64,000 nt of DNA from Escherichia phage JLBYU43. The DNA is taken from the sequence record NC_105512.1. The stretch is one strand, 5' to 3'. Positions 10,127 to 20,625 of the stretch are shown here, piece by piece (the stretch's first letter is position 1; the number at the start of each line of letters is the position of its first letter). The position numbers and the translations under genes are program-made. The notes under the pieces were generated by a model. It saw only the letters and a list, made by a program, of their open reading frames with translations, had not been told where the DNA came from and did no database searches.

Positions 10127-11008
10127 TTACAGTAACTCTTGGTATGCTTTTTGATACGCCTCAGTGTCAGTAGGTGTATCTTTTGCAATAGCTATTAATT
10201 CATCTGTGATCTGAATATTCGTGTTATAACGTGTGTGGAACTCGTTAGGAATTTCTAGGTATCTATTGATGAATGCTGCAGCAAGCGGTGAAGCTATACC
10301 CATTTCTAGAACCCATCCAACTTGTTTCTCAAACTTCAGATAAGGAGATTCTGTTTGAGTAGTAGAAGTTTTGGTTTCCTTGACTTCTTTAGTTGGTAGA
10401 ATTGGATTTTCATAACGTGCTTCTTCTGGAATAGCAGATCTACGTTCTTTATAAATATAAGTTTCTAGATCCGATGCTTTAGACCCTGAGTATACTGCAA
10501 AGACACTTGCTTTACCTTGTGATGCTCTAATTGGAAGATAACAATTTGGATAGCTTCTTAAGGCATCATGGAACGGGCTTCCAGAATATTGATAACGATC
10601 TCCATATAAATCATCAATATTCATTCGTTCATCTTCAAAGATGTGGAATGCACTAAATGAAGGTAGCGTAAAATATTCTGTCTCTAGCGCACGAATTAAG
10701 AAACGATGTGCATATGCACTAATCTTAATAACTGTGTAAGGTTTTTCTCCTTCTTTAAGAGCGTTACCCTTAGATGTAACTTGATAACGTTTCCCAAAGA
10801 ACTCTACTAAACGTTTCTCATTTAACGAGAGCGTAGAGTATAAACGTCCATTTAGTCCTAGCAAAGTATCAAACATAAATGCTAGCTTATCTTTTTCTTC
10901 TTTGGTTAATTCAGGGAATGGTAGGATCTTAGCATTTGGAATGTTATTTGTTTCCTTTGCCTTTCCTTTACCAGCATTTTGTCTTAGTTTATCTTTAAAG
11001 TTATACAT
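10127..11008 (-). CDS. hypothetical early protein
   Basis: 293-aa ORF. Confidence 0.55.
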   Translation of the reverse strand: MYNFKDKLRQNAGKGKAKETNNIPNAKILPFPELTKEEKDKLAFMFDTLLGLNGRLYSTLSLNEKRLVEFFGKRYQVTSKGNALKEGEKPYTVIKISAYAHRFLIRALETEYFTLPSFSAFHIFEDERMNIDDLYGDRYQYSGSPFHDALRSYPNCYLPIRASQGKASVFAVYSGSKASDLETYIYKERRSAIPEEARYENPILPTKEVKETKTSTTQTESPYLKFEKQVGWVLEMGIASPLAAAFINRYLEIPNEFHTRYNTNIQITDELIAIAKDTPTDTEAYQKAYQELL

Positions 11009-11085
11009 TATTTATCTCTCGTTTTTAAGGTCATTGTGACCTTCTTTTTATTTTAGAGCCTCCGTAGAGGCTCGTGCTTTTATTA

Positions 11086-11436
11086 CTAGATATCACAGGC
11101 TTGATCACCTGTAAATTTTTTAACTGGTCTTTCTTTTAATGTTATGACTCTATCTATAGCGGGATCTAATTTAATCCATATTAGATTTAGTTGAGCAACA
11201 ATATGAGACATGTTTCTAGCTGTGAAAGGTATATCTTTTGGCAATCTAAATACTAGCTCTTTGAGATCATTCATTAAATGACCATCAGCAAAGAATAAAT
11301 ACGCTAGCCTTTCCACACGTTCATATTCATCCTCCTTAATTTCAAAGATCCCAATAGTTTCTTCGTTATTAAAAGACTTTTCATTGAGAAAAGCCACCTT
11401 GCAGTGGCCTATAGTAAATTCAGTAACTAGTTCCAT
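11086..11436 (-). CDS. hypothetical protein
   Basis: 116-aa ORF. Confidence 0.5.
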   Translation of the reverse strand: MELVTEFTIGHCKVAFLNEKSFNNEETIGIFEIKEDEYERVERLAYLFFADGHLMNDLKELVFRLPKDIPFTARNMSHIVAQLNLIWIKLDPAIDRVITLKERPVKKFTGDQACDI

Positions 11437-12047
11437 TAATTAAAACCCTTACTATTAGTCAGATCAACAAGAGCTTCCATAACTGCATCAGCAAAGCTCT
11501 CATTCCTGCTAGATGGTGTGCTCAGATGAATAGTATATGAGTTCCTAGAAACTCCAGCATCCGCTGGTGCTACGCTTCGCATATCAGATTCAAGAGCTTC
11601 TTGAGTATGTTTCAGTTGTACGGAAGGACTGCAATCTTCCCCAAACTTATATGACTGCGTACTACTTACCACACCCCCACAAGGAACATTGTGCATATCC
11701 GACATTAATCTTTTATCAGAATTAGTTAGTGCAGTAATATGCCAAGGGTCATTACGAGGAATAGTTGTAGTACTCGGGCGGTTCACTTCAGTCTTCACGA
11801 GTTTGTATCCTGCATCGATCAGTGCATTAATCAGATTATCCGCCGGGATGCGAGCTGTGCCAAAGATATTACGAGCATTCATGAGCTTAGCCTGAAACTC
11901 TTTGCAAGCCTGAAGATCAGTGTGCAAAAACGACAGTTGCATAGATTTAAACTGTACTGTAGCAGTCAGATCTTTAAAGCTATAATCCCATGTGTCGAGT
12001 TCGTGGTCTGGTACTACTTGAATAGATTGTTGTGTATTAAAAGTCAT
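11436..12047 (-). CDS. hypothetical protein
   Basis: 203-aa ORF, start overlaps the downstream gene. Confidence 0.55.
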   Translation of the reverse strand: MTFNTQQSIQVVPDHELDTWDYSFKDLTATVQFKSMQLSFLHTDLQACKEFQAKLMNARNIFGTARIPADNLINALIDAGYKLVKTEVNRPSTTTIPRNDPWHITALTNSDKRLMSDMHNVPCGGVVSSTQSYKFGEDCSPSVQLKHTQEALESDMRSVAPADAGVSRNSYTIHLSTPSSRNESFADAVMEALVDLTNSKGFN

Positions 12048-12232
12048 TATTTATTCTCCAGTTTGTCTAACAGTTTATGAGCTGCGATATTATATTGTTT
12101 AAGTTCACGATTAAGGATTTGGTTCTCACACTTTAGCTCTAGATTCTTGTTGTTAAGAATATTGCAGATTAGTAGAAGTGCTAGTATTAGTAACAGAGAA
12201 CCTACGAGCATTAAAAGAAAAAGAGTTTCCAT
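12047..12232 (-). CDS. small membrane protein
   Basis: 61 aa with an N-terminal hydrophobic helix. Confidence 0.4.
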   Translation of the reverse strand: METLFLLMLVGSLLLILALLLICNILNNKNLELKCENQILNRELKQYNIAAHKLLDKLENK

Positions 12233-12672
12233 TATTTTATCTCCATTCTTAACTTTGAAAACTTATTATACCAAACTATATGATTATCGTCAATTACAAA
12301 CTTATGATAACATGCTGGTACGGTATAAGTTCCATAATCCGTGACACGCTGCACAACCTTGTGTGCACACAGTCGACAACCATGCCCTTCTAAATGAGAT
12401 CTAGCAGTTTGCCAGTAATACCCTTCATGATCTGGACAGTAGATCTCGACTTGCTGTTGCATTGTTTTGTAATTTACACGCTCATACCCAAAGAAAGCTC
12501 CATGAACTGCAACAGCTTTCTTGATAAATATAAGGTTTAGTGCTTCTTGTTGAAAGTCGGGATGTAGCTGTTTAATCTTAGTTCTATTAATAGATCCATC
12601 CGATTTGATAAACCTATTTATTGGGAAGTTGTTAGCTTCCTCGATTAGTAATTCATTTATTTTATCACGCAT
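12232..12672 (-). CDS. Cys/His-rich hypothetical protein
   Basis: 146 aa with a CPDH...HGCRLCAH cluster. Confidence 0.5.
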   Translation of the reverse strand: MRDKINELLIEEANNFPINRFIKSDGSINRTKIKQLHPDFQQEALNLIFIKKAVAVHGAFFGYERVNYKTMQQQVEIYCPDHEGYYWQTARSHLEGHGCRLCAHKVVQRVTDYGTYTVPACYHKFVIDDNHIVWYNKFSKLRMEIK

Positions 12673-12673
12673 G

Positions 12674-12892
12674 TTACTTATTAAATAACTTATTTAGTTT
12701 ACAGTATAAGTCTTTTGCTTGTTCTTCGGATAGCCAAATAATATTGGGGGATGTTCCTCCACCTTTTTGAGCTAATCGTACTGTTTTATTTTTGCTTATT
12801 TCACAGGTTACAGCAGATTGATCTTCCGTAGGGCTATATCTAGCCTTTAGGTAGTTATCTAATGTTTTCATACTAAGTTCCTTGAAACACAA
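12674..12892 (-). CDS. hypothetical protein
   Basis: 72-aa ORF. Confidence 0.45.
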   Translation of the reverse strand: MCFKELSMKTLDNYLKARYSPTEDQSAVTCEISKNKTVRLAQKGGGTSPNIIWLSEEQAKDLYCKLNKLFNK

Positions 12893-12918
12893 AAGGCCAG
12901 AACAATTAAGTCCTGGCC
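12885..12918 (-). terminator. rho-independent terminator
   Basis: GGCCAG/CTGGCC stem followed by a U-tract on the minus strand. Confidence 0.5.
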
Positions 12919-12925
12919 TCTAGAA

Positions 12926-13297
12926 TTAATGAAGTTGTTTACCACTTCTTAAAATAGTGGCCGTTTCCATAAGATTTAGTGTTGTATCACGCTTTTTGAT
13001 TTGTTTGTCGAGTTCATCGGTACGTTTGCCAATGTAAGCGTTAATAGCCATATTCATAGCTGAGGCGAGATCTTCTTTGGTTATCTCTTCATCATCTAAA
13101 GCTAATTTAGCCAAAGAATCGAAAGTACTAGAAAGTCCTATAAGATCTGAGGTTTCACTAGCCAAAATAGGATTTATATTATCTATTGTTACTTCTAGCA
13201 TAGAGTTAACAATATCTTCTCCGTCTACCAGACCAGATTCAATATTACTCTCCCATTCCCTCATCTGCTCCAGCAATGGATTTTTCTTTTCTGTCAT
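12926..13297 (-). CDS. hypothetical acidic protein
   Basis: start moved to the internal ATG at 13297 with an AGGAAA RBS. Confidence 0.45.
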   Translation of the reverse strand: MTEKKNPLLEQMREWESNIESGLVDGEDIVNSMLEVTIDNINPILASETSDLIGLSSTFDSLAKLALDDEEITKEDLASAMNMAINAYIGKRTDELDKQIKKRDTTLNLMETATILRSGKQLH

Positions 13298-13706
13298 GGT
13301 AAAGGTTTCCTGTGTCAGTGGGTAAGAAGGACGATTGAGCTTTAGGTGGATGTTGTTTAGCAATCCAGTTAAGAATCAGCACACGACTAGGAACAATATC
13401 GGTGTTGTACCAGAAATCATGAACCCATTGACGAGCATCCTCAAACTTACCAAATTTATACGCTTTCTTAAATAATTCAAACCCAAAACAATCTGGTGTG
13501 AAGTCTACTTCACGATACTGAATTACTTTAGAACCAGTTAGATCTTGGATCGCTGCATTAATTTCTGTATGCGAGAATTTTGTTTCGTGAAACTTATTAA
13601 AGAATCGGTAGTTGAAGCGTCCGTTCGTTTCGACAAACAACTGGATGAAGAGATCGTTAAATTGGTTATCAAACCAGTAATTCTGTAGTTGTTGTAGTGC
13701 TGTCAT
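13245..13706 (-). CDS. hypothetical protein
   Basis: 153-aa ORF. Confidence 0.5.
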   Translation of the reverse strand: MTALQQLQNYWFDNQFNDLFIQLFVETNGRFNYRFFNKFHETKFSHTEINAAIQDLTGSKVIQYREVDFTPDCFGFELFKKAYKFGKFEDARQWVHDFWYNTDIVPSRVLILNWIAKQHPPKAQSSFLPTDTGNLYHDRKEKSIAGADEGMGE

Positions 13707-13903
13707 TTACGAACTCCGTTAATTGCCACAATGATGCCTTCGTACATAAAAGGAAGAACTTGTGAAATGTGGAAATCTTGGACTGTCCAACCAGCTTCTT
13801 GATACATAATGTTAATGATTGCACAACTTAACATAAAAGCTGGTAGAATTATAAAGTAATCCCACGTTGCTTTCTGCAAGTTAGGGTTATAAAAATTAAT
13901 CAT
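13703..13903 (-). CDS. small membrane protein
   Basis: 66 aa, hydrophobic. Confidence 0.45.
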   Translation of the reverse strand: MINFYNPNLQKATWDYFIILPAFMLSCAIINIMYQEAGWTVQDFHISQVLPFMYEGIIVAINGVRK

Positions 13904-14003
13904 CTGTTTTTAAGTCTCCGTATTACTTTGGCCTGCTCAACGATTATGAAAACGGCAATCACTAAACCGAAGATTAGGATTGCCGTAACAGTTGTTAAAT
14001 CAA

Positions 14004-14336
14004 TCAAGGCAGACGCCAAATATAATGGGCTGTCCAAAGTGTTTCTGGTTCATCGTCATGATGCATCACTATGGACTCTGGAGAATAACTATTAGCCAGT
14101 TCTTTACGAACCATCTCACGTTCTTCACCAGTTTCAATATTTTTAACAATCACTTTCATATTAAGAGGAGTTAGCTCAGAAAGTGGTCGCCATAAGTCTT
14201 CCAGATCTGTTTTAGTTTTATTCTGGATGGATTGCAAGACTTCTAGTGTCTGAGGATCTACATTAATAGACCCACGTTCAGTAACAAAACCTAGAAACTC
14301 GTCCAGCAGGGTTAATTCACTAAAATTAAGCTTCAT
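14004..14336 (-). CDS. hypothetical protein
   Basis: 110-aa ORF. Confidence 0.5.
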   Translation of the reverse strand: MKLNFSELTLLDEFLGFVTERGSINVDPQTLEVLQSIQNKTKTDLEDLWRPLSELTPLNMKVIVKNIETGEEREMVRKELANSYSPESIVMHHDDEPETLWTAHYIWRLP

Positions 14337-14571
14337 CTTTCAGAATATCCTCGATCATGTCTGAAGATTGCTGTAGTTCATCTACAATGCGTTTAACGTC
14401 AGTTTTCGTCACTTTACCGGCCAACATCGTGAACAGCATTGCAACGATGATGATAGGAACTGGCAGAACAAACAGTGCTACTTTACCAACGTTCTTCGGG
14501 GTCCAGGTATGATACTTAGTAACCAGAACACCAACAATAACCAGATAAAAAGCTAAGATAATTAACATCAT
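14326..14571 (-). CDS. membrane protein
   Basis: 81 aa with two predicted TM helices. Confidence 0.45.
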   Translation of the reverse strand: MMLIILAFYLVIVGVLVTKYHTWTPKNVGKVALFVLPVPIIIVAMLFTMLAGKVTKTDVKRIVDELQQSSDMIEDILKDEA

Positions 14572-14849
14572 TTCTTAATCTCCGTGATTACCTGAGCGCG
14601 CAGGACTTTAATAGGAAGTTTAGTGTTACCAACAAGAGTTTCAATATTCATTAGCTTTTCTTTAAGGAGATCTGAACGTCTTTGGGCTAATTCGATATCT
14701 TCTTCCTGTTCGACAAGGCGTTTAACTAGCCCATCATTGGTGAGGCGCATCCTCTCCATATTTTTATTAGCATTAAGAATGCCAATGATTCCACCAATTG
14801 CTGCTAAAGTCGTGAGAACCAGCAATCCAATTAAAATTTCTGTAATCAT
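14568..14849 (-). CDS. membrane-anchored coiled-coil protein
   Basis: 93 aa with an N-terminal TM helix. Confidence 0.45.
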   Translation of the reverse strand: MITEILIGLLVLTTLAAIGGIIGILNANKNMERMRLTNDGLVKRLVEQEEDIELAQRRSDLLKEKLMNIETLVGNTKLPIKVLRAQVITEIKK

Positions 14850-15262
14850 TAATCCGTTACTCCATTACTACATTTAATGTAGGGGCTTATAGTTTCATAA
14901 AACTTAATTTTTACTAAGGAGGAATCATTCATTTTACAGAATCTTTTACCCTCTTCAATTTGAAGCTTGACTTCAATTGAGTCTTCTATTTTGTAGGCAT
15001 CTAATACTTCAACCCCAGAATATTTCGATAACGCTTCATCTAATTCTATTTGTTTAAGTGCAACGTTTGCTTCTGCGAGCACTCTATTACGTTCCGCTAT
15101 TGCTTGTACTTCAGGGCTAGCATAAACGTATACTTCTTTAGTTACTGGTTTTGGTAAATCTGCATCTCTTTGACTAAGCATATAGCCCGTCGTGCCCATC
15201 GAAATACAGAGTGAAACTAGGGCACCAAGCCCTAGTGAATAGAAGAATTGGCTGTAAGTCAT
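14849..15262 (-). CDS. hypothetical protein with N-terminal TM segment
   Basis: 137-aa ORF. Confidence 0.5.
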   Translation of the reverse strand: MTYSQFFYSLGLGALVSLCISMGTTGYMLSQRDADLPKPVTKEVYVYASPEVQAIAERNRVLAEANVALKQIELDEALSKYSGVEVLDAYKIEDSIEVKLQIEEGKRFCKMNDSSLVKIKFYETISPYIKCSNGVTD

Positions 15263-15531
15263 TATTTCTTACCTTTCAGTTGCTTAACTTCACGCTCAAA
15301 AGATGCTGCACGACGTTCGGCAGTTGCCTGATGCTCTTTCGCAAAACGTGCTTCCTGTTTTGCTAGGTTGAATGCCATAGCATTCTTGTTCAGAGAATCA
15401 TACATCTTTTTCATTGCCGGAATAGACATCTTCATGAGCTGACCTTCAAACCCTTGCATGTCCAGCAGGATAGCCAATACGTTTGCCATTTCAGTTTTAG
15501 TCATGTTTTCCATTTGAACTTCCTCTCTCAT
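15262..15531 (-). CDS. hypothetical protein
   Basis: 89 aa, directly behind an early promoter-leader cassette. Confidence 0.5.
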   Translation of the reverse strand: MREEVQMENMTKTEMANVLAILLDMQGFEGQLMKMSIPAMKKMYDSLNKNAMAFNLAKQEARFAKEHQATAERRAASFEREVKQLKGKK

Positions 15532-15545
15532 TAATTTATAAATAT

Positions 15546-15574
15546 ATTATATAAGATTTCTGGACATTTAGCAA
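15546..15574 (-). promoter_or_regulatory. sigma70 early promoter (TTGCTA-17-TATAAT)
   Basis: consensus -10, near-consensus -35, exact 17-bp spacer, AT-rich upstream, conserved leader into RBS. Confidence 0.7.
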
Positions 15575-15587
15575 GTAAATTATTTAT

Positions 15588-16019
15588 TTACCAATCGTTA
15601 ACGAAACCTGAGAACTCCGAAGCAAATACTAACTCAAATTTCTCAGCAATTTCAGGATAATCCTTACAGATCAGTTCGATGCACTTCTCAGGTTCCATAC
15701 CGTCTTCTTCAGGATCACCGTAATACTTATCCCAAAGATCATCAGGAATGATATGCTCCGCCAAATCCTGAAAAGAGATTAACTGATAACGTTCTGCCTC
15801 CTCAGCGATAAGAATTTCGCACAGATCTTTATCTATATCGCTACGATAATCCGCAATTAATAGGGCATTGCAAGCATGACATTCCCAGACCATCAAACGT
15901 TCAGAGATAGGATTAGACTTATCTTGAACGTAAGACTGGAACAAGGTTCGGAAAGTTGCCTTAACTTGTTCAAACTTATCTGCTGCTGCGAAAACTAGAG
16001 CTTTATCAACTTTGTTCAT
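15588..16019 (-). CDS. hypothetical protein
   Basis: 143-aa ORF. Confidence 0.5.
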   Translation of the reverse strand: MNKVDKALVFAAADKFEQVKATFRTLFQSYVQDKSNPISERLMVWECHACNALLIADYRSDIDKDLCEILIAEEAERYQLISFQDLAEHIIPDDLWDKYYGDPEEDGMEPEKCIELICKDYPEIAEKFELVFASEFSGFVNDW

Positions 16020-16186
16020 TTTGATTCCTTCTCATCAATTTATAAAGTAATTATACAGAAACTTAAGCATTTTAGCAAATAAAACTTTTAATTAAAATGC
16101 CTAATCCTGTACCAATAGCAATACAAATGATTATAAGTATTGCTATCGCTTGTATGATTCGTTTAATAATAGCCTCAGCTATATAC

Positions 16187-16777
16187 TTAGACATTTATAT
16201 CGCCACGTAATACAGCAGCTACATCTTCCCCTATTTGTAATACTTCGCCAGTAGTACAATTAACTACTCTATCGTAACTAGTAAACTTACCAGACACAAT
16301 ATCCTCTAATGGAATTGGAGTTTTACTCATTTCAAACGAGACATTGATATAACGTGGGTCACGTAAAGAAGTAGTATGTACATGTCCGTGAATATTTAGT
16401 TTGCCACGAAGTTCATTGGGGTGCAAAGGGCAGTGAGATAGCCAAAACTTTTTGCCACCTCCAGTCTGTTTACCCAGAGCCTGAATATCATCATAAACTT
16501 CTGCTAAGTCCCTAATGCTCAGTCCTTGACGTTCCGCATCATGATTACCCATAATAAGTTGATTAGGAACATTGTGGATAACCGACTTTAATTTGGCCAG
16601 GCCTTCACGACCTACTGCAATATCTCCTAGCAAAATAAGTTTTGTTCGTTTACCAATATGCTTCGAAAGAGTATCTAGAATATACTCATCGTGCTCTTTC
16701 ATGTTCTTAAACCATGGACGAAAACGTAGTGCTCCGGGGTGGTCTAGGTGCAAGTCTGACCAGAATTTAACTTTCAT
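16187..16777 (-). CDS. metallophosphoesterase (calcineurin-like)
   Basis: motifs SDLHLD, GD, GNHD and GHVH. Confidence 0.7.
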   Translation of the reverse strand: MKVKFWSDLHLDHPGALRFRPWFKNMKEHDEYILDTLSKHIGKRTKLILLGDIAVGREGLAKLKSVIHNVPNQLIMGNHDAERQGLSIRDLAEVYDDIQALGKQTGGGKKFWLSHCPLHPNELRGKLNIHGHVHTTSLRDPRYINVSFEMSKTPIPLEDIVSGKFTSYDRVVNCTTGEVLQIGEDVAAVLRGDINV

Positions 16778-17066
16778 TACTCTTTTCCTTATTCTGTATT
16801 AAACTATCAACCCAAGAGGTTAACACTTTGGTTTTAAACTCTTCGTGGGTCTCTCCTTCCTTAAGGTCTACCTCATTAAGGTAGGTAGTAAGCCTTGTTT
16901 CTATCTCTATTTCAGCAGGAGAATTAAAACAAAAATTGACTGCTATTCCAGAATATATTACTCCGGTATCTCCTTTGACGAAAGCATTAACTAATGCCCT
17001 CCAACGAAGGGCATCAATACGCATTGCTCGTAATTCTTCTCGTACTTCTTTCATTCTATCATTCAT
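16767..17066 (-). CDS. hypothetical protein
   Basis: 99-aa ORF. Confidence 0.45.
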   Translation of the reverse strand: MNDRMKEVREELRAMRIDALRWRALVNAFVKGDTGVIYSGIAVNFCFNSPAEIEIETRLTTYLNEVDLKEGETHEEFKTKVLTSWVDSLIQNKEKSNES

Positions 17067-17929
17067 TAAAGAATCCTCTGTACACCGCAGCTATCTTCCC
17101 GGAGTGTAGTAAATGTGGTGATTTTGCCAGTTTCATCGTTAACTTGCGCAACCGTCAACTGCCCGTTGAAAACACCGCCAGTATCAAGATAAACACGGTT
17201 CTGGTATAAAATCGGGTAGGGTACTCCAGTATGCCCATGAAATACAAAGTCTACTCCATTAACTGGGGGTACTTCTACCATGTATTTTTCCTTAAATCCT
17301 GCATAACGCTGGAAATATGGGTGTTCCTCACCATTTTTGGACAAGTAGAAGCCTATTTCTTGGATTACATCTCGATCCCATAAATATGGTTCAACATGAT
17401 ATCCCGGATGGTCATGTGGGTCTTCCTTAGCTGCTTCTACTTGCGCAATAAGATTATCCCATACTGGGGTTTCTACTTCATTACCGCATTCTTTGTATGT
17501 AAAAGGTACACCACCATGAACAACACCAAACTTCTTACCACGATGTCTAACAGTTAGGAATACTGGCATTTTTTCAGCCATATCTTCGGCAATATTTTTA
17601 ATTGTGTCTGCATCTAGTTCATTCATGGCCCACATACCACCATTATACATCCAATTAGCCCAATCTCCTACAATCATAAATTGGTCATGATTACCACGTA
17701 CACTGATAAAACGTGGATTATACAGGAATTTGGCTAAAACTTGTAGGTTTTGTGTGCCTCGGTCTATTAAGTCGCCGACACATACTACGCAATCTTTTTT
17801 GCTATTATACCCAGCTAATTTCAACGCATCTTCTAGCAAATCATTGCATCCATGAATATCACCAACGAAAAATAAATTAGCGTCATCCGGCACTACTAGA
17901 GTTTTATGTACATTAAATTCTTTTTTCAT
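17066..17929 (-). CDS. Ser/Thr protein phosphatase (lambda-PPase-like)
   Basis: GDIHG, GDLIDRG and GNHD motifs; start set to the ATG at 17929 because the track start codon is TTG. Confidence 0.75.
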   Translation of the reverse strand: MKKEFNVHKTLVVPDDANLFFVGDIHGCNDLLEDALKLAGYNSKKDCVVCVGDLIDRGTQNLQVLAKFLYNPRFISVRGNHDQFMIVGDWANWMYNGGMWAMNELDADTIKNIAEDMAEKMPVFLTVRHRGKKFGVVHGGVPFTYKECGNEVETPVWDNLIAQVEAAKEDPHDHPGYHVEPYLWDRDVIQEIGFYLSKNGEEHPYFQRYAGFKEKYMVEVPPVNGVDFVFHGHTGVPYPILYQNRVYLDTGGVFNGQLTVAQVNDETGKITTFTTLREDSCGVQRIL

Positions 17930-17931
17930 AA

Positions 17932-18177
17932 TTATTCCCAAATAACAGTTAAAATAGTTGTGCCATAGTCATTAGATAGTTGGAGAGTATAACCCTCTTT
18001 ATAGAGGGCTTTTATAGCTTCATAACTAATTTCATCACGATTAAACTGCACAAAAGAACCCCCAATCCCTACAGAAGAAACTATTCTCTTTTTAACATAC
18101 TTATATGGTTTCTTTCTGCTATTAAGAAGTGCAGCTCTATTTATCCTGGCTAAACGTTTTGCTTGTTCCGCTAACAT
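17932..18177 (-). CDS. hypothetical protein
   Basis: 81-aa ORF. Confidence 0.45.
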   Translation of the reverse strand: MLAEQAKRLARINRAALLNSRKKPYKYVKKRIVSSVGIGGSFVQFNRDEISYEAIKALYKEGYTLQLSNDYGTTILTVIWE

Positions 18178-18274
18178 TTAATCCTCCAATCAATTTATAT
18201 AACTATTATACCAAAATTTTTAGCAAAAAGCAAGTAAAATAAAAGCCTGATCAGCTAAGATCAGGCTTTGTTTA

Positions 18275-18565
18275 TTAGTCCTCTGGATTATCATCTAGGA
18301 AATTTTTAATAGCTTCGTGCATAGTTTCTTTACGAAGCTGACGTCCAATCAGAATATGATTAGCTTCTACTCGACCATTAGGTAAACGATCCGCCAGAAC
18401 TACTACAGGAACTTGGCGCACACCAAATTTCTGCATTAATTCTGTATTATCAGTCTCTTTATGGATTTCTAAATTATAGTCATTGACTACTTTATCAAAT
18501 ACTGGCTCGAAAAGTTTGCAAGGGTTGCAAGTGGAACCTTTTAATAGATATACTAATTTACTCAT
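18275..18565 (-). CDS. thioredoxin/glutaredoxin-like protein
   Basis: 96 aa with a CNPC redox motif near the N-terminus. Confidence 0.55.
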   Translation of the reverse strand: MSKLVYLLKGSTCNPCKLFEPVFDKVVNDYNLEIHKETDNTELMQKFGVRQVPVVVLADRLPNGRVEANHILIGRQLRKETMHEAIKNFLDDNPED

Positions 18566-18989
18566 AGTTATTAATGGCCTCTAAGAAGTTTCTCATGGTT
18601 TTTACGGTTGCGGTGCTTAGATCAAGATTTACACCCAAACACTCGGTTAATGCTTCCTGATAAGGAGCCTTTAATCTGCCTTCCGGGACTTCTACCTTCT
18701 TATACTCTTTATTTTTGACCTTTTTAATCATAGTCTCTAGTACAAGAAGCGGTAATTTAGCACCTTCAATATCAGTACCCAAAAGTTCAGTTAAAATTTT
18801 ATTAAGATCAAGACGAGTTAACTTTTTGCCCTTAGACATAGATGCACCTACCTTTGTATCAATAGATTTTTCCGCTTTCTTTTCGAGCTTTTTGTACTCA
18901 GGAGAGTCATGATCACGGAGTGCAATGTTTAGCTCGTAATGTGGTATACGAAAATGTTCCGCCATTTGAGTATAGAAACGATCAGACAT
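18558..18989 (-). CDS. hypothetical protein
   Basis: 143-aa ORF. Confidence 0.5.
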   Translation of the reverse strand: MSDRFYTQMAEHFRIPHYELNIALRDHDSPEYKKLEKKAEKSIDTKVGASMSKGKKLTRLDLNKILTELLGTDIEGAKLPLLVLETMIKKVKNKEYKKVEVPEGRLKAPYQEALTECLGVNLDLSTATVKTMRNFLEAINNYE

Positions 18990-19064
18990 AATATATACCT
19001 CTCTTAACTAATTTATGTATATATTATATAATAACGAGGGCTAAAAGTCAACTACTTTTTTATC

Positions 19065-19481
19065 TTAATCTACTGCATGTATAAATCTTTTCCTAACTAG
19101 ATACATAGTTATTGGGTAAATTGAGTACATAAGTATCGGGGAGAAAAGGGTGAAATACGCTGTAACTCCCCCAGCTAACATCAAAGGTATTAATGCTAGA
19201 ATAAGGGCCATAAGAATCATGCCGAATGAAACAGCCAAAGCTATGGATATAGGATTCTCTAGTTCCATCCATAACCAACAATATTTCGTATCTCTATGGC
19301 AATTGCATTTACAAACGCCGAATGAACCCATAATTATATACTCTAGTCCGTGAATAACCTTTATTAATAAGCTATTTCGGGTAGTTAATGCAAGGATAGT
19401 AAAGACTATCATTAAAACGAATACTACTAGACTTATTTTCCAGATACCTAGCAGCATCATAGTGAATAGTTCTGCAAACAT
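19065..19481 (-). CDS. multi-pass membrane protein
   Basis: 138 aa with 3-4 hydrophobic helices. Confidence 0.45.
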   Translation of the reverse strand: MFAELFTMMLLGIWKISLVVFVLMIVFTILALTTRNSLLIKVIHGLEYIIMGSFGVCKCNCHRDTKYCWLWMELENPISIALAVSFGMILMALILALIPLMLAGGVTAYFTLFSPILMYSIYPITMYLVRKRFIHAVD

Positions 19482-19558
19482 GGCTTTCTCCTATCTTTAA
19501 AAATTATTAAAGCCCCCTTTGCCTAAAAAGGCGGGAATATTCCCGCCTAAGTTATTAA

Positions 19559-19972
19559 TTAAACTAGTTCGACATGACCGCCATCATAGGTACCACGTTT
19601 TATTTCATCGTGATAATCTCCCGAAGCATCCCAATCAGCACCAAAACGAAGTTTAATGCCTAGTTCTTTACCTGCTTGTTCAAAAGCCTTTTTAACTGCC
19701 CAAAATGCTTCTAAGTCATTCCAATCAATTTTGCCATTAATGTATGGAGCAAAATCAAGGGCATCTCCAGTAATATGCTTACTTTTACTAGGGTCTTTTA
19801 AAAATGAAGTACCATTAGCAATATTCTGGGCACTTTGTGCTACTGTACGAATACCCTGTACGATCGTGAAATCATACGGGGATAATTCTAAAGCTCTACG
19901 AGCTACTTTTTGTAGCTCTGGCTTAACAGTAGCTAATTGTTTTTCGCTATTTTTACCAAATTTAAAACTCAT
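19559..19972 (-). CDS. lys: endolysin, L-alanyl-D-glutamate peptidase (M15-like)
   Basis: 137 aa; H...D...H zinc-ligand pattern (SKHITGDALDF, DGGHVE); sits just downstream of a holin-like gene. Confidence 0.75.
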   Translation of the reverse strand: MSFKFGKNSEKQLATVKPELQKVARRALELSPYDFTIVQGIRTVAQSAQNIANGTSFLKDPSKSKHITGDALDFAPYINGKIDWNDLEAFWAVKKAFEQAGKELGIKLRFGADWDASGDYHDEIKRGTYDGGHVELV

Positions 19973-20625
19973 ATTGATCTACCTAAAGATCTCTGTTGTG
20001 GGGAACAGAGCTTTGTTAAATACTCGTTAAATTTCTCAGAATCGGCTGCATCTACAGGATTATCTTTCCAAGCAATACCAATATATCCAGCATAGATATT
20101 GTTTAGATTGAAATATGGACAAGTGTATATGTAATTAAAAGTAACGTTCTTAAACGCAGGTATATTTAACCCCATGTATTTATTTACTTTTACACTTAAA
20201 TCCGATGCGTAGTTAAAGCCGTCTAAGTGACGTCTATATAGCTCAGACGTCTTATTTACCGCTTTATCGGCCAAGTCAGCCCTATCTAATTGCGCATTGC
20301 TTTCCCATGCAATAATGTTAGAATAATCATTAATGGCATCGGGTTTATACTTGACTACAAAAACAGCATCCGCACCCGTTTGGGAAAAAAGCACCATGCT
20401 CTTTTCTCTAGCTACGTTAGGAAAATTACTTATCCTTTGAGTTTGAACATCCTGTAGAACCGCAGACGTGGAGAAAGTCTTTAAGAATGACATCACCTCA
20501 CTAGTATTACTAACAAATAAGAAAATAATGACAGCAACTAAGATAGTTAGCAGACGTTTAAGAAGCGATGCTGGATCTTTCGCTTCTTGGAGCAGTACCG
20601 TTAATAATTGTAAGAACTTTTCCAA
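19969..20625 (-). CDS. putative holin
   Basis: 218 aa with a TM segment, start/stop overlap with the endolysin gene. Confidence 0.55.
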   Translation of the reverse strand: MEKFLQLLTVLLQEAKDPASLLKRLLTILVAVIIFLFVSNTSEVMSFLKTFSTSAVLQDVQTQRISNFPNVAREKSMVLFSQTGADAVFVVKYKPDAINDYSNIIAWESNAQLDRADLADKAVNKTSELYRRHLDGFNYASDLSVKVNKYMGLNIPAFKNVTFNYIYTCPYFNLNNIYAGYIGIAWKDNPVDAADSEKFNEYLTKLCSPQQRSLGRSI